A stretch of 64,000 nt of DNA from Somniosus microcephalus (GCA_052327205.1 CM126206.1:44020001-44084000); one strand, 5' to 3'; positions 25,642 to 39,204 are shown, numbered from the stretch's first letter. The notes: generated by a model not told the origin, from the sequence alone. Translations and numbers: made by a program.

Positions 25642-28600
25642 CTACAAAAGAAATAGAATATGAGAGTAATATTTCAATTCTCTCTATATAAAAATGACAG
25701 CCCAAGTGTAGAAAAACATCAATAGTGCAATCTTTATTCCACATTTGTGAATTTCAGAAGGAATGTTTCAGTTACATAAATTACTGTGCTCATTTTTCCA
25801 TTTTGACAAAGCACTATCAAGAGTGGAACCGCAATCAAGTTACTTAATTTAGGCCAAGTTAAGTTTGAAGTCACGCCATTCATGAAATAAAGATTTCACT
25901 TTATTCTTGATGTTCAATAAAAGGCAGGAATTATGAATTTACAGTAGGTAAAATGTTGGTGCTTTCTACCTTCATCTGAAACACAGAAGCCATAAAGACA
26001 AATTGATGTGGCTTTGAAAAACATTGGATTTGTGCAACATGTCCTCTGAAAATCTTGAAGGACAAATAAGTTTTCAAGACATGAGCAATCCAGTGAAAAG
26101 AACTTAGTCTGATTTTCAGAAAGTTTTGAGCATCTGAGACTTTAAAAAGATAAAGGCCCATTGAATAAATGACATTAGCTTGCTAGCTTAATTTTAAAAA
26201 GCAGATGGTGATAAATGTGAAGTTATGTTGAGACAGTAATTAGCAGTATTCCACAGGAACCTGCTCCACATGCACTGGTTACACTATTACTTTTATTACA
26301 AAATTTTCTGAAAACGAAGCTACATGAGCAGATAACTAACGTCACAGGGCATTCAAAAAGACCTGGAAAAGCCATGGAATGAAACGGATTTTAATGTCAG
26401 ATAGTAGAGGAAACCAGTGTATACAATGGGTCCATTAACAAAGCAGTAACTTTGGGTTAATTTTGGGTATCTAACCCTCAAACAGATATGCGCTCTGGGG
26501 CATAGGTCAAAAAGCAACAAGGATAAATCCAGGGGTACAAGTTAGGATGGAGGATTCACAGACCACATGTTAACTAAGAGGGTATGATCCAAGTCTTGAA
26601 AATGAGATGTACATTTCTTGGAAAAATAAGTTACTGCACTCCGACTAACTGCAGAACTAGAAGACAAGTAACAAGTTCACAAGCCTCAAGACCAGAAATT
26701 AGAACCCCTCCTCCAGAACAGATGATGTCAGTGAAATAGGGTCCAAGCAAAATCTGTTCACGCCTCAATGACCTAACACCTTAAAAGAAGTCCCGCATAA
26801 AGTTGAAGGTTTTACGGCAAAGGAATTAAAACATTTTTTTAAATCTTCCGAAGACCACAATGCTCCTGTTGGGCTATGGCAATGTCATATGGTGCAGTGG
26901 CCGATTAAAGTAGGTTTTAGTATTAGGTCTGTATTCTGGAATTTCACTCAATTATATTGGGGATCAGATAAAGCATGTTTTCTTGGATGCAACTGCCAAT
27001 AAAACTAGATTTGAAGCCAGTGTTGAACAGATGCTGGAGATGTTCCAGAATATGCAGATCATGTGAACAGGATTGACCTAGTAGACCACTGAACAAGCGG
27101 TTTCCATTGTTATAAACTCAATTTAAATAGATGCCCTGCGGGAACTGATCAAAGTATATACAGACAGGAATGGGAAACCCTGACCCACCAGTTGTTGTCT
27201 TCAATAATTAGGTAGTCGGATGCGGTATTTTACTTCACAAGTTAGAATAGATGCCTCGTGAATGCAACAGGATCCTCCATTTACTCATTGTTGTGATGTT
27301 CAAGAAACATGGTTTGATGGGCTAACACAGGATTACCAGTATAACATTTGCTCCATCCCCTTGCATCTTTTGAACTACCCCTGGTATGAGGGAGAAATGC
27401 TAAGAAACCTTTGTGCCAAAGAAAAGGAGATACCACATGACCACCGACAGGAGCTACCATTCAGAAGGGTTAACAGATCTATCTTCAGATAAACACAACT
27501 CCAAGAAATGGGTTGAACTAACTCTGGACCTTCCACTCAGGAGCATGAAACGTGAGAATTTAATAACAGGACATTATTTTGTCTGCTGTGACTAGTTAAG
27601 CGAAGTAAGTGCGACTCAGACACTAGTATACTAGTTGGATTGCACCTTGGCAAACAGAGTGGGAATCAAACCGCTTTCCCTCTTAGTGGTCAATAAAACT
27701 TACGGTTATCTACACTGATGCAGAGCCAAAAAAGTGAAAACTGTTATTCTGGGAATACAGAGCGCACAAGCAGCGCAATTCAGAATGCTTAAGAATTTCC
27801 ACATTGATGCAGGAAAAATAAGTTAGATCGAACATTAAGTTTAGCTCAGACAGTTATTCTGGAGACTTAAGAATATCTTGAAATCAATGAAGTAGAGAAT
27901 ACACGCTGGGGTTGACCGAAATCAAAAGACAAAACAAAAGGATAAATGGCTCCCTGAGCCGACTCCCTACAACACAGCACAACTACTAGATCATGGACTC
28001 TATGCAACTTAAGTCTCCCAAAAAATATAACCAGAGGTAAAACACATAAAATTCTAAATTTCCTTGATCCTTTAAATCAAGAGCCTCTAATTAATAGTTA
28101 AGTTAGCTGCCTTCGTGTTATACAAAGAAAGGCAAGTTGCATTGCTTGAAGATGGAGCTTTAATTTTTGCACCTATATCCAAGAAACCTCTTGCTATCTG
28201 AACATTTCGATCTGAAGTAGTTTTCATCAACAGTGCAACATCCATCTTGGTTTAGTATTCAGCAATAGCCTACCAGCAAACCAACTGCAGTTCTACCTTG
28301 AAATAAAGCAGATTGAAATACAGTATTAAATTACTTTTTAGCTGGATATTCATGTGCTCTCATCCAGCAACTTGCCAGATGCCACATGGCCACCAACACA
28401 AGTCAAAACTCCCAGATTTCTGCTGGAGTCAATTAACTGTGGTCGTGCATTGACTAGGACTTTGACATCAAAAACTAAATAAGGTTCTCAAGTATATATA
28501 GATAAGAGAAGCATAGCCATGTTTCTTAGGAAGACGGGAGTGTGGCCCATCAAGTCTCCTTTCAAGTCACACAACAGAAACTAACGCATTTTGACTGGGC

Positions 28601-30021
28601 TTTTATATCTTAGGATCCAGCATGATGTGCATCTGCCAACTTCTGCAGCTGTAGATATCAACAACAAAGCAAATTCAGTATCTGCCCCTCATTCTAGCAG
28701 GCCTGAAGATAAAAAAGTTGCAGATGGACTATTTCAGGCAAACATTTCTCAAATTAGTAAGTGAAGTCAACCTGGAGGCACTCCTCGTTTTAAATCATTC
28801 TCATCTAGTGCAGAGACTCTATTTTAGATCGCCTACGCAGGAAGCTGATGAATTGACACCAATGTTTCTACAAGAAATTTGGAAATTAGGGCCTTTTCCA
28901 CCCAGATAGCAAATATGACAAATGGCCAAAAACTGCTAAAACCCCAGCTACTTTTTATCTCAGAACCCACTACCTCACCCCGACCTCCCTCTCTACCACC
29001 GCGCCAACACCGCCCGCCCCCCACCCCCATACCAAACCCCAATGTTTTCACACCTGATGCAAGAACATGAAACAAACTTTACAGAAGGGAAGAAATTAAA
29101 GCTGGCAGCAGCTTCCAAGAGATTTTTTTTTTTTTTTTTTAATGCCTACAACTTAGTTCATTTTTGGCTCAAAATCTGACTGTCGTGACTAGCAAGATGA
29201 AAGTGGAAAATTTGCACTTTAAGTTGTGAGAAACCCAAAAATCCCAAGCTTAGCCCAATATAGTTGTGTACTAATATACTGCCCTTGAGTGCAGAGATGC
29301 AAGTTTTATTCACTTCCCTACATAATGGGTTCCTAAGCGCGTCAGGCGACTAAAAGAGAGATTCGGTATGTGCTTCTGCCCCTCCCCCAGGATGAGTCGC
29401 CCATGTACTTGCTAGTGTCTGGTTCGGAGCTGAATTGCCAGACTTTTGGATGGAGGCCGTCTGCGCACGCAGAGGAAATGCTGCATAAAACGGGCAAGTT
29501 AAACAATTGAGGACATTAAAAAAAAAATCTTTGTTGACAGAGCAGCACTGGCAGAGACCTGGGAGCAAGTTGCCTGCCTGCCCGCAGCCTTCAGCTAATG
29601 AATAATAGGGCACAAAGGGAAGGAAACAACTTTCTCAAAATATAAATGCTGAAGTCATAAAAGCGATACGATAGCCTCGATGGGTGACTGATCAGTTCTG
29701 GACGAAGTCAATCAAAACACGCAATTACCCAGATGCTCCACCGTCCTATGGAAATTTTAAAGGATGCAAGTGTCCCAGTAGTTCTCTCTGTGTCTCAATA
29801 ATGAGTATGAAGCACGGAGATACATTTATAAAAGCAGATATTAGAGGTCATAGTTTGCAAGTGATTCTGTTATCGTTTAAAATCTTTTAGGTGCCCAATT
29901 ATAAAAAGGCACAATAAATTCAAGAGAATTCTAAAAGGTCAGTAATTATTACACAATTTGGTCAACTTTAAATGAAGAAATGATCAACAGTTTGAAACAA
30001 TTCCAAGTGCATCACACTTAC

Positions 30022-30231
30022 CAATGTAGGATCCAGGTAGCTATGGGTTGTAGACCAAGACTGAGGAGTAAGAAGGCTATAAAGTGGAAACTGCTGTTGG
30101 GGGCTGTATATCGGAGGCACATAAAATGATGTGTACCTCTGTTGTTGAGTGTATAGGTTCATATCAAGAGGTCTATAACCATTCTTTGGTAGAAAAGTAT
30201 TGATAGCCATTGGCTTTGCTTTTATCCTTGC
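30022..30231 (-). CDS. LARP4B: LARP4B exon (ARIKAKPMAINTFLPKNGYRPLDMNLY...HSYLDPTL)
   Basis: ttgcag|GCA acceptor, TTG|GTAAGT donor; 210 nt. Confidence 0.97.
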
Positions 30232-30331
30232 CTGCAAAAAAGAAAGTTCCAGGTTCAAGTTAATACTTGACACTGTACCGAACAGAAGAATCAAGGAACT
30301 AAATCAGTGTTAAATAGTATCCAACTTTTAC

Positions 30332-30385
30332 CTTTATAGGCTTTCCCTGGAAGGTTTTTACTTCTTCTCGAAGATATCTGTAAGC
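30332..30385 (-). CDS. LARP4B: LARP4B RRM exon (AYRYLREEVKTFQGKPIK)
   Basis: gccag|GCT acceptor, AAG|GTAAAA donor; 54 nt. Confidence 0.96.
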
Positions 30386-30933
30386 CTGGCCAATGTAAAT
30401 GACAAGTTAGAACACATGGTCACTCATGTTACAACACTACACATGTGGTGCATGATCAATAAACTACAGAAATGCACATTAGTTTTCAGTTAAAATGCCA
30501 GCTCTGGTGTGGTCGCAGGAATGCTACTCCGCTTGAATTATTAAGTTTGAAGTCAGCAGATTGATGATTAGAATTGCAAAGTTAGCATTACAGTCACAAA
30601 CAATTCAAGATAAACCACTCGTAATGGAAGCAGTTTTTTGTGCACTGGAAAACACTATCTGCTGAGAACACTGCTATCAAGTGTTCAATTCCTGTTCAGC
30701 AGATAAGGGTTGTATGCAGAACCACTGCCCTTCAAATACATTCAACCCAGATTTGAGAGTGTACATCATGTAAAAAATGTCCTTTAAAAGTTTTGCCATA
30801 TTTAAAAGTCTCGTTACTTAATTTTTGTTCTTTTTTTCTTTAAGCAGAACTTTTAACTAAAGGAGAAAACTGGCTCGGAGGTAAACAAAATACATTCACA
30901 ATAGAAACAAGCTCAGCGTACTCGACTGAAAAC

Positions 30934-30953
30934 AGTCAGTCAGTCAGTCAGTC
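30934..30953. repeat. (CAGT)n tetranucleotide microsatellite
   Basis: About five CAGT units seen directly. Confidence 0.85.
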
Positions 30954-31589
30954 ATTCAACTAGGCTACTCCAATGATCATGTCTTCTCGGGCATCAACTC
31001 AGTTTCTACATGCCGATTTAATAAACCCATAACAGGTCTCCACCGATCCCACATTATACATACTTATTTGAATATGAATATTCAAAATTGAAACTTCAGA
31101 AAATTAAACCAAGAAGTTATTCCTGGAAAACCCCTTATAAATGGTGGAGATGGTATGGGAAGAGCAACTATTATCACATTTGCAGGTAGTTTATTAAAGT
31201 TGAACAGTTCCAAGAATTGTTAATACACATCTTAATTTGCAAAAGGCTTATAATTATTGCTACAGCCTTTAGGACAAAGTGGGACATTTAATTCTTTGGT
31301 AATTTTCTTTTTTGTACTTAACGTTAAGGGCATTAATCCCATGAAATTGAAGACTTTCCATTTCAAGCACCCAGTGTCAACATCAAGCACAGTAGTTGGA
31401 GGCAGAGCAAAGTGCCCTTCATTCTGTCTCCGTGCCTCAGCACCAAGTGCGCCCTCTACTGCACCAGTGTATTATTACCCCCTTCCAATTTTTTGTATCA
31501 GCCATTCTGGGGCTTCTCTAAATTAGCAGTAGCTTTGTGCTGCAAACTCAGCCAACTGAATAAAAACCCCGCAAATGTATTTTTTTAAA

Positions 31590-32600
31590 ATTTGTTTATG
31601 GGATGTGGGCGTCGCTGGCACGGTCAGCATTTATTGCCCATCCCTAATTGCCCTCGAGAAGGTGGTGGTGAGCCGCCTTCTTGAACTGCTGCAGTCCATG
31701 TGGTGATGGTACTCCCAGTGCTGTTAGGTAGGGCGTTCCAGGATTTTGACCCAGCAATGAAGGATCGGCGATATACTTCTAAGTCAAAATGGTGTGTGAC
31801 TTGGAGGTGTTGGTGTTCCTGAGCGCCTGCTGTCCTTGTCCTTCTAGGTGGAAGAGGTTGCGGGTTTGGGAGGTGCTGCCGAAGAAGCCTAGGTGAGTTG
31901 CTGCAGTGCATCTTCTAGCTGGTACACACTGCAGTCACGGTACGCCGGTGGTGGAGGGAGTGAATGTTTAAGGTGGTGGATGGGGTGCCAATCAAGCGGC
32001 TGCTTTGTCCTGGATGGTGTCAAGCTTCGAGTGTTGCTGGAGCTGCACTCATCCAGGCAAGTGGAGAGTATTCCATCACACTCCTGACTTGTGCCTTGTA
32101 GATGGTGGAATGGCTTTGGGGAGTCAGGAGGCGAGACACTCGCCACAGAATACCCAGCGCCTCTGACCTGCTCTTGTTGCCACAGTATTTATGTGGCTGG
32201 TCCAGTTAAGTTTCTGGCCAATGGTGACCCCCAGGATGTTGATGGTGGGGGATTCGGTGATGGTAATGCCGTTGAATGTCAAGGGGCGGTGGTTAGAATC
32301 TCGCTTGTTGGAGATAGCCATTGCCTGGCACTTGTGTGGCACGAATGTTACCTGCCACTTATCAGCCCAAGCCTGAACGTCGTCTAGGTCTTACTGCATG
32401 CGGGCATGGACTGCTTCATTATCTGAGGCATTGTGAATGACACTGAACACTGTAGTTATCAGCAAACATCTACATTTCTGACCTTATGCTGGAGGGAAGG
32501 TCATTGATGAAGCAACTGAAGATGGTTGGGCCTAGGACACTGCCCTGAGGAACTCCTGCAGCGATGTCCTGGGGCTGTGATGATTGACCTTCAACCACCA
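31590..32600 (-). mobile_element. CR1/L2-group (Crack/Daphne-like) LINE 3' fragment
   Basis: KCQAMAISNKRDSNHRPLTFNGITITESPTINILGVTIGQKLNWTSHINTVATRAGQR is a post-RT region; homologous copy at 63258-63710. Confidence 0.82.
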
Positions 32601-32734
32601 CAGTGTATTCTACATACAATCCTTACAAACACAGGTGACTTTCATGTCATCAATCTGGACCCAAGTCCCAGAAGCAAAAGGCTGTGTGACGCAGTGCACC
32701 ACCCAGTTTAAAAGAATCTTATAAGACAAACTAA

Positions 32735-33194
32735 CAAAGAAAAGACTTGCATTTATATAGCACCTTTCACAACCATCAGATGTCCCAAAGCGCTTAACAG
32801 CCAATGAAGTGCTTTTGAAGTGTAGTCACTGTAGGAAATGCAGCAGCCAATTTGCACACAGCAAGCTCTCACAAACAGCAATGTGATAATGACCAGATAA
32901 TCTTTTTCAGTGATGTTGATTGAGGGATAAATATTGGCTAGGACACCAGGGATAACTCCCCTGCTCCTCTTTGAAGTAGTGCCATAGGATCTTTTTCGAT
33001 CACCTGAGGGGGTGGACAGGGTCTCAGTTTAACATCTCATCTGAAAGACAGCATCTCCGACAATGCAGCACTCCCTCAGTACTGCTCTGGAGTGTCAGCC
33101 TAGATTTATGTGCTCAAGTCTCTGGAGTGGGACTTGAACCCACACCCTTCTGACAGAGGCGAAGAGTGCTACCCACTGAGCCACAGCTGACACT
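32735..33194 (-). mobile_element. Full-length SacSINE1-like DeuSINE
   Basis: tRNA head with A/B boxes (GTGGCTCAGTGG...GGTTCAAGTCCC), Deu domain and AAGTCTTT tail. Confidence 0.9.
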
Positions 33195-33329
33195 CAACAG
33201 AACTTAGTGCTGTACTGAAAGCTTGTGCAGAAGTACAACTGATTGAAGCACAAAGTATTTAAATTGCTAAAGATTTCATGTATACATTGTCTCAATTTCC
33301 AAAATCTTGGTAAGAATAATAGGCTTTAC

Positions 33330-33440
33330 CTGTTGTGCATCAGCCTCTGATTCAAAGGTGATAAACCAGTTGTCATTGTAGGCAAACTCACAACTCATGA
33401 ACTTCGGGAAATTTTCTCCTCTGAAGAGTGCTTCTACCTC
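33330..33440 (-). CDS. LARP4B: LARP4B RRM exon ([37 protein letters not shown])
   Basis: cccag|GAG acceptor, CAG|GTAAAG donor; 111 nt, phase 0 to 0. Confidence 0.97.
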
Positions 33441-33504
33441 CTGGGAAGAAAATAAGCTTGATATTATGCCAAATACATATTCCATGCAGGCAGGTTCTAC
33501 CTAA

Positions 33505-33832
33505 TACAGGAAACTTTCGATTTACCGGCACCTAAATAACCGGAAATCTCAGTTAACCGGCAAAATTCAGGAGTAGATTTTACTTCATATTGTATTTGCC
33601 TTCCTCCGTCTGTTGCTGTGCAATGGTGTGGCTGCAGCTGTTGCTAAGCTACAGAGACGCTTGAAACTTGTGGCCATTGTTCTACACTTGTTGCTAAGCA
33701 ACAGGGTTTGTTGCTTTATACGGAACCGTCAGCTCTCCCTATCTTTTACTATAGCATTCGGTTATCCGGAATTTTTGATGAACCGGCACCACGTCGGTCC
33801 CGTCCGTGCCGGATAAAAAAAAGTTTCCTGTA
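33505..33832. mobile_element. Tc1/mariner-type MITE (orientation B), 65 nt from an exon acceptor
   Basis: TACAGGAAACTTTC...AAAGTTTCCTGTA, 328 bp. Confidence 0.9.
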
Positions 33833-34377
33833 ATGTCATCCAAGTAGAAGACAGTTCCTGTGCAATTGCTCTTAAAATATACAACTCCCTTTAATCCCAA
33901 CCACTCAAGAAGCACATACATAGCCTTCACTAAGCACTACCCCACACAATCGCTGCCCTGGCACAGATTTCCTTCTATAATTTATGCCCTGGAGCACTAA
34001 CTACCTCAACAGTCAAGCATTTTACATGGTTACATGAGTGGAGTATTCCACAACATGAGAGTCGACAGGTTGTCACAGCAGTAGTTATAACAAGCAGCAA
34101 AACCACTGGTATTTTTTTTGTACGATTATCCTTTTGGGTCAACTAGTTCCAAAACAATTTTGGACCGAAAGTCCAAATTCTTTGAGGCTGGTCTAAGGGA
34201 CTGTTCTGTGGTTTAAGATCATAGTGACTTACCCAATACCTGGCAAGAAAGGGAAATGTACCTTTCAAATTAAGAAAAAAAACTGTAACCTAAAAAGTGA
34301 GCATCCTCCATCTCCCACACAAGAATTTTACTCTACAGATTAGCTACAAGAGTTTTGTTCAAATTAGACCAACATGT

Positions 34378-35190
34378 TATAAGAACATAAGAAATAGGAG
34401 CAGGAGTAGGCCATTTGAGCCTGCTCTGCCATTCAATAAGATCATGGCTGATTATCTACCTCAACTCCACTTTTCTGCACTATCCCCATATCCCTTGATT
34501 CCCTTAATATCCAAAAATTTATCTATCTCTGTCTTGAATATACTCAACGACTGATCCGCCACAGCCCTCTGGGGTAGAAAATTCCAAAGATTCACCACCC
34601 TGAGTGAAGAAATTCCTCCTCATCTCAGTCCTAAATAGTCAACCCCTTATTCTGAGACTGCTCCCTGGTTCTAGACCCCCCCCAAGCCAGGGGAAACATC
34701 CCCCCTGCATAGAGGAGAGGGTGCAGAGGAGATTTACCAGAACAGTCCCAGGGATGAGAGACTTCAGTTATGTGGAGAAGCTGGGGTTGTACTCCTTAGA
34801 GCAGAGAAGGGCAAGAGGAGTATTTGACAGAGGTGTTCAAAATCAAAAGGGGTTTTGAGAAGAGTAAATAAGGCGAAACTGTTTCCAGTGGCATGAGGGT
34901 CGGTAACCAGAGGACAGATTTAAGATAACTGGCGACAGAAACTGGCGGAGGAGCTGAAAGCAAGTTTCATTTTTGGACTCATGGGGAATCAAGGGATCGG
35001 GCAGGAAAGTGGAGTTGAGGTGGAAGATGAGCAGTGATCTTATTGAATGGCGGAGCAGGCCTGAGGGGCTATATGGTCTACTACTGCTCCTAATTCTTAT
35101 GTTATGAGAGGAATTGTTCTTAATGCAGCAAGTTGTGATCTGGAACACGCTGCCTGAAAGGGCGGTGGAAGCAGATTCAATAGTAACTTC
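34378..35190. mobile_element. Cluster of opposite-orientation CR1 3' ends
   Basis: Minus 3' end 34378-34700 (AAGAACATAAGAAATAGGAGCAGG...) joined to plus fragments (ERVQRRFTRTVPGMRDFSYVEKLGLYSLEQRR) and a plus 3' UTR at 34975-35105. Confidence 0.85.
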
Positions 35191-35699
35191 TAAAAGTCTA
35201 CTGGGGATACCAACTGCATTACTTGAATATCTGGAACAAGCTAATCGATCACTATTTATCCCATAACAAGTGGAATTGCCTCTTTCCACTTTGACTAAAA
35301 TGTTAAGGAATATTCACCAGCCTGAAGGCACCATTTATTCTCTCCATCCCCAACAGGACAAATTTGCCCAGATGCAATTTATTTCTTTAAAAATCCGCAT
35401 GTAGATTCGTACTCCAGTAATTGCGTACATTTAGCAGTGATCTGGATTTCTCTCACGGATCTTGTAGTCAGCACTATGGAGTTGGAGCTTGATCTAGTGC
35501 ATCAGCTCAGTTTCCTGTGTATTGGCTATGGTACTAATGTTCCTGAAGATCTCGCTTACAAGAACTATGCTGAACCTGCTTGCCAGTCATTATACCCCAT
35601 CTTGCACTAACTTCTGGATCCCATTTGATAGTTTTTAAATTCAACTGAAAAATGTCATTATTTTAAATTAGAGCGTGTCTGTTTTTGCTCAATTCTTAC

Positions 35700-35803
35700 C
35701 TCAATGGGTGTCGACTCTGGTACTTCTCGTAGAATTACAATGCAGCGGTTTTGATTTGGCCTGACTTTCTCTCCTTTCTCATCCACTTGGACCAAAGGCA
35801 ATG
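35700..35803 (-). CDS. LARP4B: LARP4B LaM-RRM junction exon ([35 protein letters not shown])
   Basis: ttttag|CA acceptor, GAG|GTAAGA donor; 104 nt; 88-nt intron to the preceding exon. Confidence 0.97.
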
Positions 35804-35891
35804 CTAAAATGAATTACAGGATATTTTCATATTTTCAGCAACAATTCTCTTCAAAATACTGCTTTTTACATTTTATGCAACACATACTTAC

Positions 35892-36028
35892 ATCTCAAAA
35901 CTTCAATAATCAGGTCCACATCTGTGCTCAGTTTCTTCACATGGTCAAGGTTTGCTACAGTCAGTATTGGCACATACTGGTCACTATCCATTTGGGAGAC
36001 CAGGTACATATCAGTGGCCAGATTTTCT
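35892..36028 (-). CDS. LARP4B: LARP4B La motif exon (ENLATDMYLVSQMDSDQYVPILTVANLDHVKKLSTDVDLIIEVLR)
   Basis: ttgcag|A acceptor, T|GTAAGT donor; 137 nt. Near-identical to human LaM. Confidence 0.97.
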
Positions 36029-36609
36029 CTGCAAAAAAAAAAATTACACTCAATGTGAACAACCAGAATTTTAATTAGATTTGCACCCATTTCCAAGCTC
36101 AATGTTAATGAAGTATTCACATTTTAAGGAATTGTTCAAGTTTTGAGTGCCTAAATGCCTACTTAATATGTTCCAATAAGCCAACAGATTGACTTTTCAA
36201 ATTAGAGAAACACATAGTTCCACTGACTGGATGATAGTTAAAGTTGTAACTTTAACTATAGTATTCAGCCATACAGACCAGAAGTTTGCAGGATCAATTC
36301 CTGGTTAGCTCAACTGAACCAAGTTAGAAATTGGGGCACAGTTAGCCTCAGTGTCCTTAGGAGGATAAAGAACATAAGCAAACATTTCTAATCATTGTCC
36401 AGTGACCACTGATGGAACATGTGGAATTACGGCAAGAGGTGGGCTGGGTTTGGCTTTGCACCATAGAATGTACTGATGCCCATGGTCGGCATTATGGGAC
36501 CTGAACACTAAGCAGCTGGATCTTCAGTACAGTACATGGTGCTTCCTGTGTTTTGGCTGTGGTGCTAATGTTTGCTAGCATGCTGCATTTCTGAAGATCT
36601 TGGAATCTT

Positions 36610-37000
36610 AGTCAATCATAATGGCACAGGAGGCCATTTGGCCCATCAAGCCCATACCAGCTCTCTGTAGAGCAATCCAGTCAGTCCCATTCCCCTGCTC
36701 TATCCCCGTAGCCCTGCAAGTTTATTTCCCTCAAGTGCCTATCCAGTCTCCCTTTGAAAACATTGAGCGTCTCCGCTTCCATCACTTCCGTCGGCAGCGA
36801 GTTCCAGGTCCTCACCACTCGCTGCGCAAAAAAGTTTTTCCTCACATCCCCCCCTGTATCTCTTGCCCAAAACCTTAAATCTGTGTCCCCTAGTCTTTGT
36901 ACCATCAACTAGTGGGAACAGCCTTTCCCCGTCTAGCCTATCCAAACCCACCATAATCTTGTACACCTCTATCAAATCAAACCTCAACCGCCTTTGCTCT
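36610..37000 (-). mobile_element. CR1 LINE 3' end
   Basis: DLIEVYKIMVGLDRLDGERLFPL...TRGHRFKV; [15 protein letters not shown]. Confidence 0.88.
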
Positions 37001-37576
37001 AATGAATCTTACTCAGAAGAACTTTGTCCCCACCCCCTCCCCCACCTCTCCAACTTGCACTAACTTCTGGATCTCATTTCTTTGATAGCTTTTCAAGATC
37101 TATAAGCTTACAGCACCTTCTAGTGAGGAGAGAAAAGTTAAAGGGGCAGTGTTTTTAAAGAGATGACTCATTTGGTTCAGGTATACCAATTCCTCTATTT
37201 GTCCACAATCAATGTTGGATGCCTAAGGTATGCAGACACCCAACACCAAGTTGATTTCTTGCAGTTTAGAATTTCATTAATTTGTTTGTTTATTTTGTTT
37301 AGAATTTTGTCGGCAGAATTTGTGCAGTACTTTTGAGATACTGAAAGCATGTTCTGTTTTTGGAAGCCGGGAGGAGGGAGAAGGGATATTCATTTTCAAT
37401 TTGGTAAGAAAACCATTTTGGTCAAAAAACTTTAAAGAGTGTATATTATCTACAGCATTAATTATCAAGTCCAAATGGTTAAACTACATTGTTAAGCACT
37501 TAAATCTGCAATAGAGATTAAATAAAATTAATCTCAACATGTATAAACTAAGAAAAACCTACAACTAAGGACTCAC

Positions 37577-37667
37577 CGAGACAAACAGAACTCCAGTGTC
37601 TTTTTCAGCAACTCTCGAAGGTCTTCTTGACCAACTGTCTGCTGTTCCAACAGAGACTGATCTCCTC
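37577..37667 (-). CDS. LARP4B: LARP4B exon, start of La motif (…GQEDLRELLKKTLEFCLSR)
   Basis: tttgtag|GA acceptor, TCG|GTGAGT donor; 91 nt, phase 1 to 2. LKKTLEFCLSR is a LARP4B La-motif signature. Confidence 0.96.
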
Positions 37668-38914
37668 CTACAAACCAAAAGAAAAACAAGAGTTTCTCCA
37701 GGAAAAATGCACTTGTACATTACCGATCTAATACAGTGCAACTTAATCTCTTTCACCCACATTGCACAGCAGTGTCTTTCATGGTTAGGCTGTCATTGGT
37801 GGCAGACCGGTAAATTACATGAGTGTAGCAGCCGATTTCACAAAGTTAATTTATAAATTTAAAATCCTACAAGAAACCTAATACAGCAACTTGTGTATGC
37901 AAGATCTGTCAGTTACAAGATGGGTTAGGAGGGGTTTTTACCTCACATCGAATGCAAAAGCCTGACAAACGTAGATGCCTTCAAAAGAAAGTGTATAAAA
38001 AGGGAACAAAGGCTGCAGTGAAGAGAACATTTAAATATATGGTGAAATTATTAAATAGAATGGCTAGTACTAACTCACTAGAACAGTGCATGATATCCCA
38101 GACTACTGTCTGCACATTGATGTTGAATTCTGTCAATTTAGGGAAAACAAAATGAACATAAAAACAGATTGCTGTGGATTAACCTTCCACATATGTTCCT
38201 ATGTATCATATAACATTATACATCAAGATGAAAACCTCCACAGACTTGCAGTTCACAGCAGGACACATTTTAGATAGTGATCTAGGACTGAAATATTCAA
38301 CCAAAACGCTCGAAGCCCTAAAATTACTAGGAAATATTTAAGCTATATTAGAATAGTGCCCATTGACATTAGAATCAATTCTCAGGTTAATATAGGCTCA
38401 CACTGGGCCCTGAAGTGAAGTACCAAAGAGTTCAAGGAAAAGTTGTTGTGCAAATAATTCCAAAAAATGTACAACAGCTGAAATGCACCAACACATCCAG
38501 GCACAGACACAATGACATCATACAATTGCCAGGACCAAAAAAGTTCTCTTTTCAAAAGGTCAATTTAGACTGTAACCTGACAAGAATAAGAAAGAAATTT
38601 AAGCATAACTATATTGTGCAAATAATTGACATATGGAATAAGTTACCAAGGAGGCCGTTGAAGCAAACGTGTTCCATGCATTCCTTATACTGTTCATTTT
38701 GGTTCAAAGTGAACATAAACCGAGACGTGCTAGCAAAGCATAGAAATCCACTGCCCATTAAAATTGCGAAAATCACAATTGAAGACAGATGGTAGAGTTA
38801 TTCCAACTGGTCATGTGAATCATGAGAAACTCAAACAATGTATGGCGCAGGTTTTTGTGAAATGAACTCAAGAGAATCAATGTGATAATTAAACGGCAGT
38901 GTTTTTTCTTTTAC

Positions 38915-39079
38915 CTGTCTGTCTGGTTCCGTGCATTGTCTCATACTCTGAATAGAAAGAATCAGAGCACTGGAGTGTTACAGCATCCAGATCTGGCTGC
39001 TCAGGGGAAGGAGCTGTCAGAGAGGACTCCTGTGATGGACTTTGAAATGACTTGCCAGCATCACCATTGGTCTCAAACC
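38915..39079 (-). CDS. LARP4B: LARP4B exon (GFETNGDAGKSFQSPSQESS...SEYETMHGTRQT)
   Basis: tgacag|GG acceptor, ACAG|GTAAAA donor; 165 nt, phase 1 to 1. NGD and SEY anchors resemble human LARP4B. Confidence 0.88.
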
Positions 39080-39204
39080 CTGTCAAACACAAAGCAGTAT
39101 TAAATTTTTTTATACAGTAAGTTACGTCAAATTACAAGAGTAAGAATTTCATTTTTTTACGATTCTCTCTTCATTCCTCCCCCCCCCACCAAATGCTTGA
39201 GATT

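Noticed and set aside
33120-33194. tRNA gene (A/B boxes; also at 53200-53275 and 56930-57005)
   Set aside because: These are tRNA-derived SINE heads continuing into SINE bodies; no complete cloverleaf.
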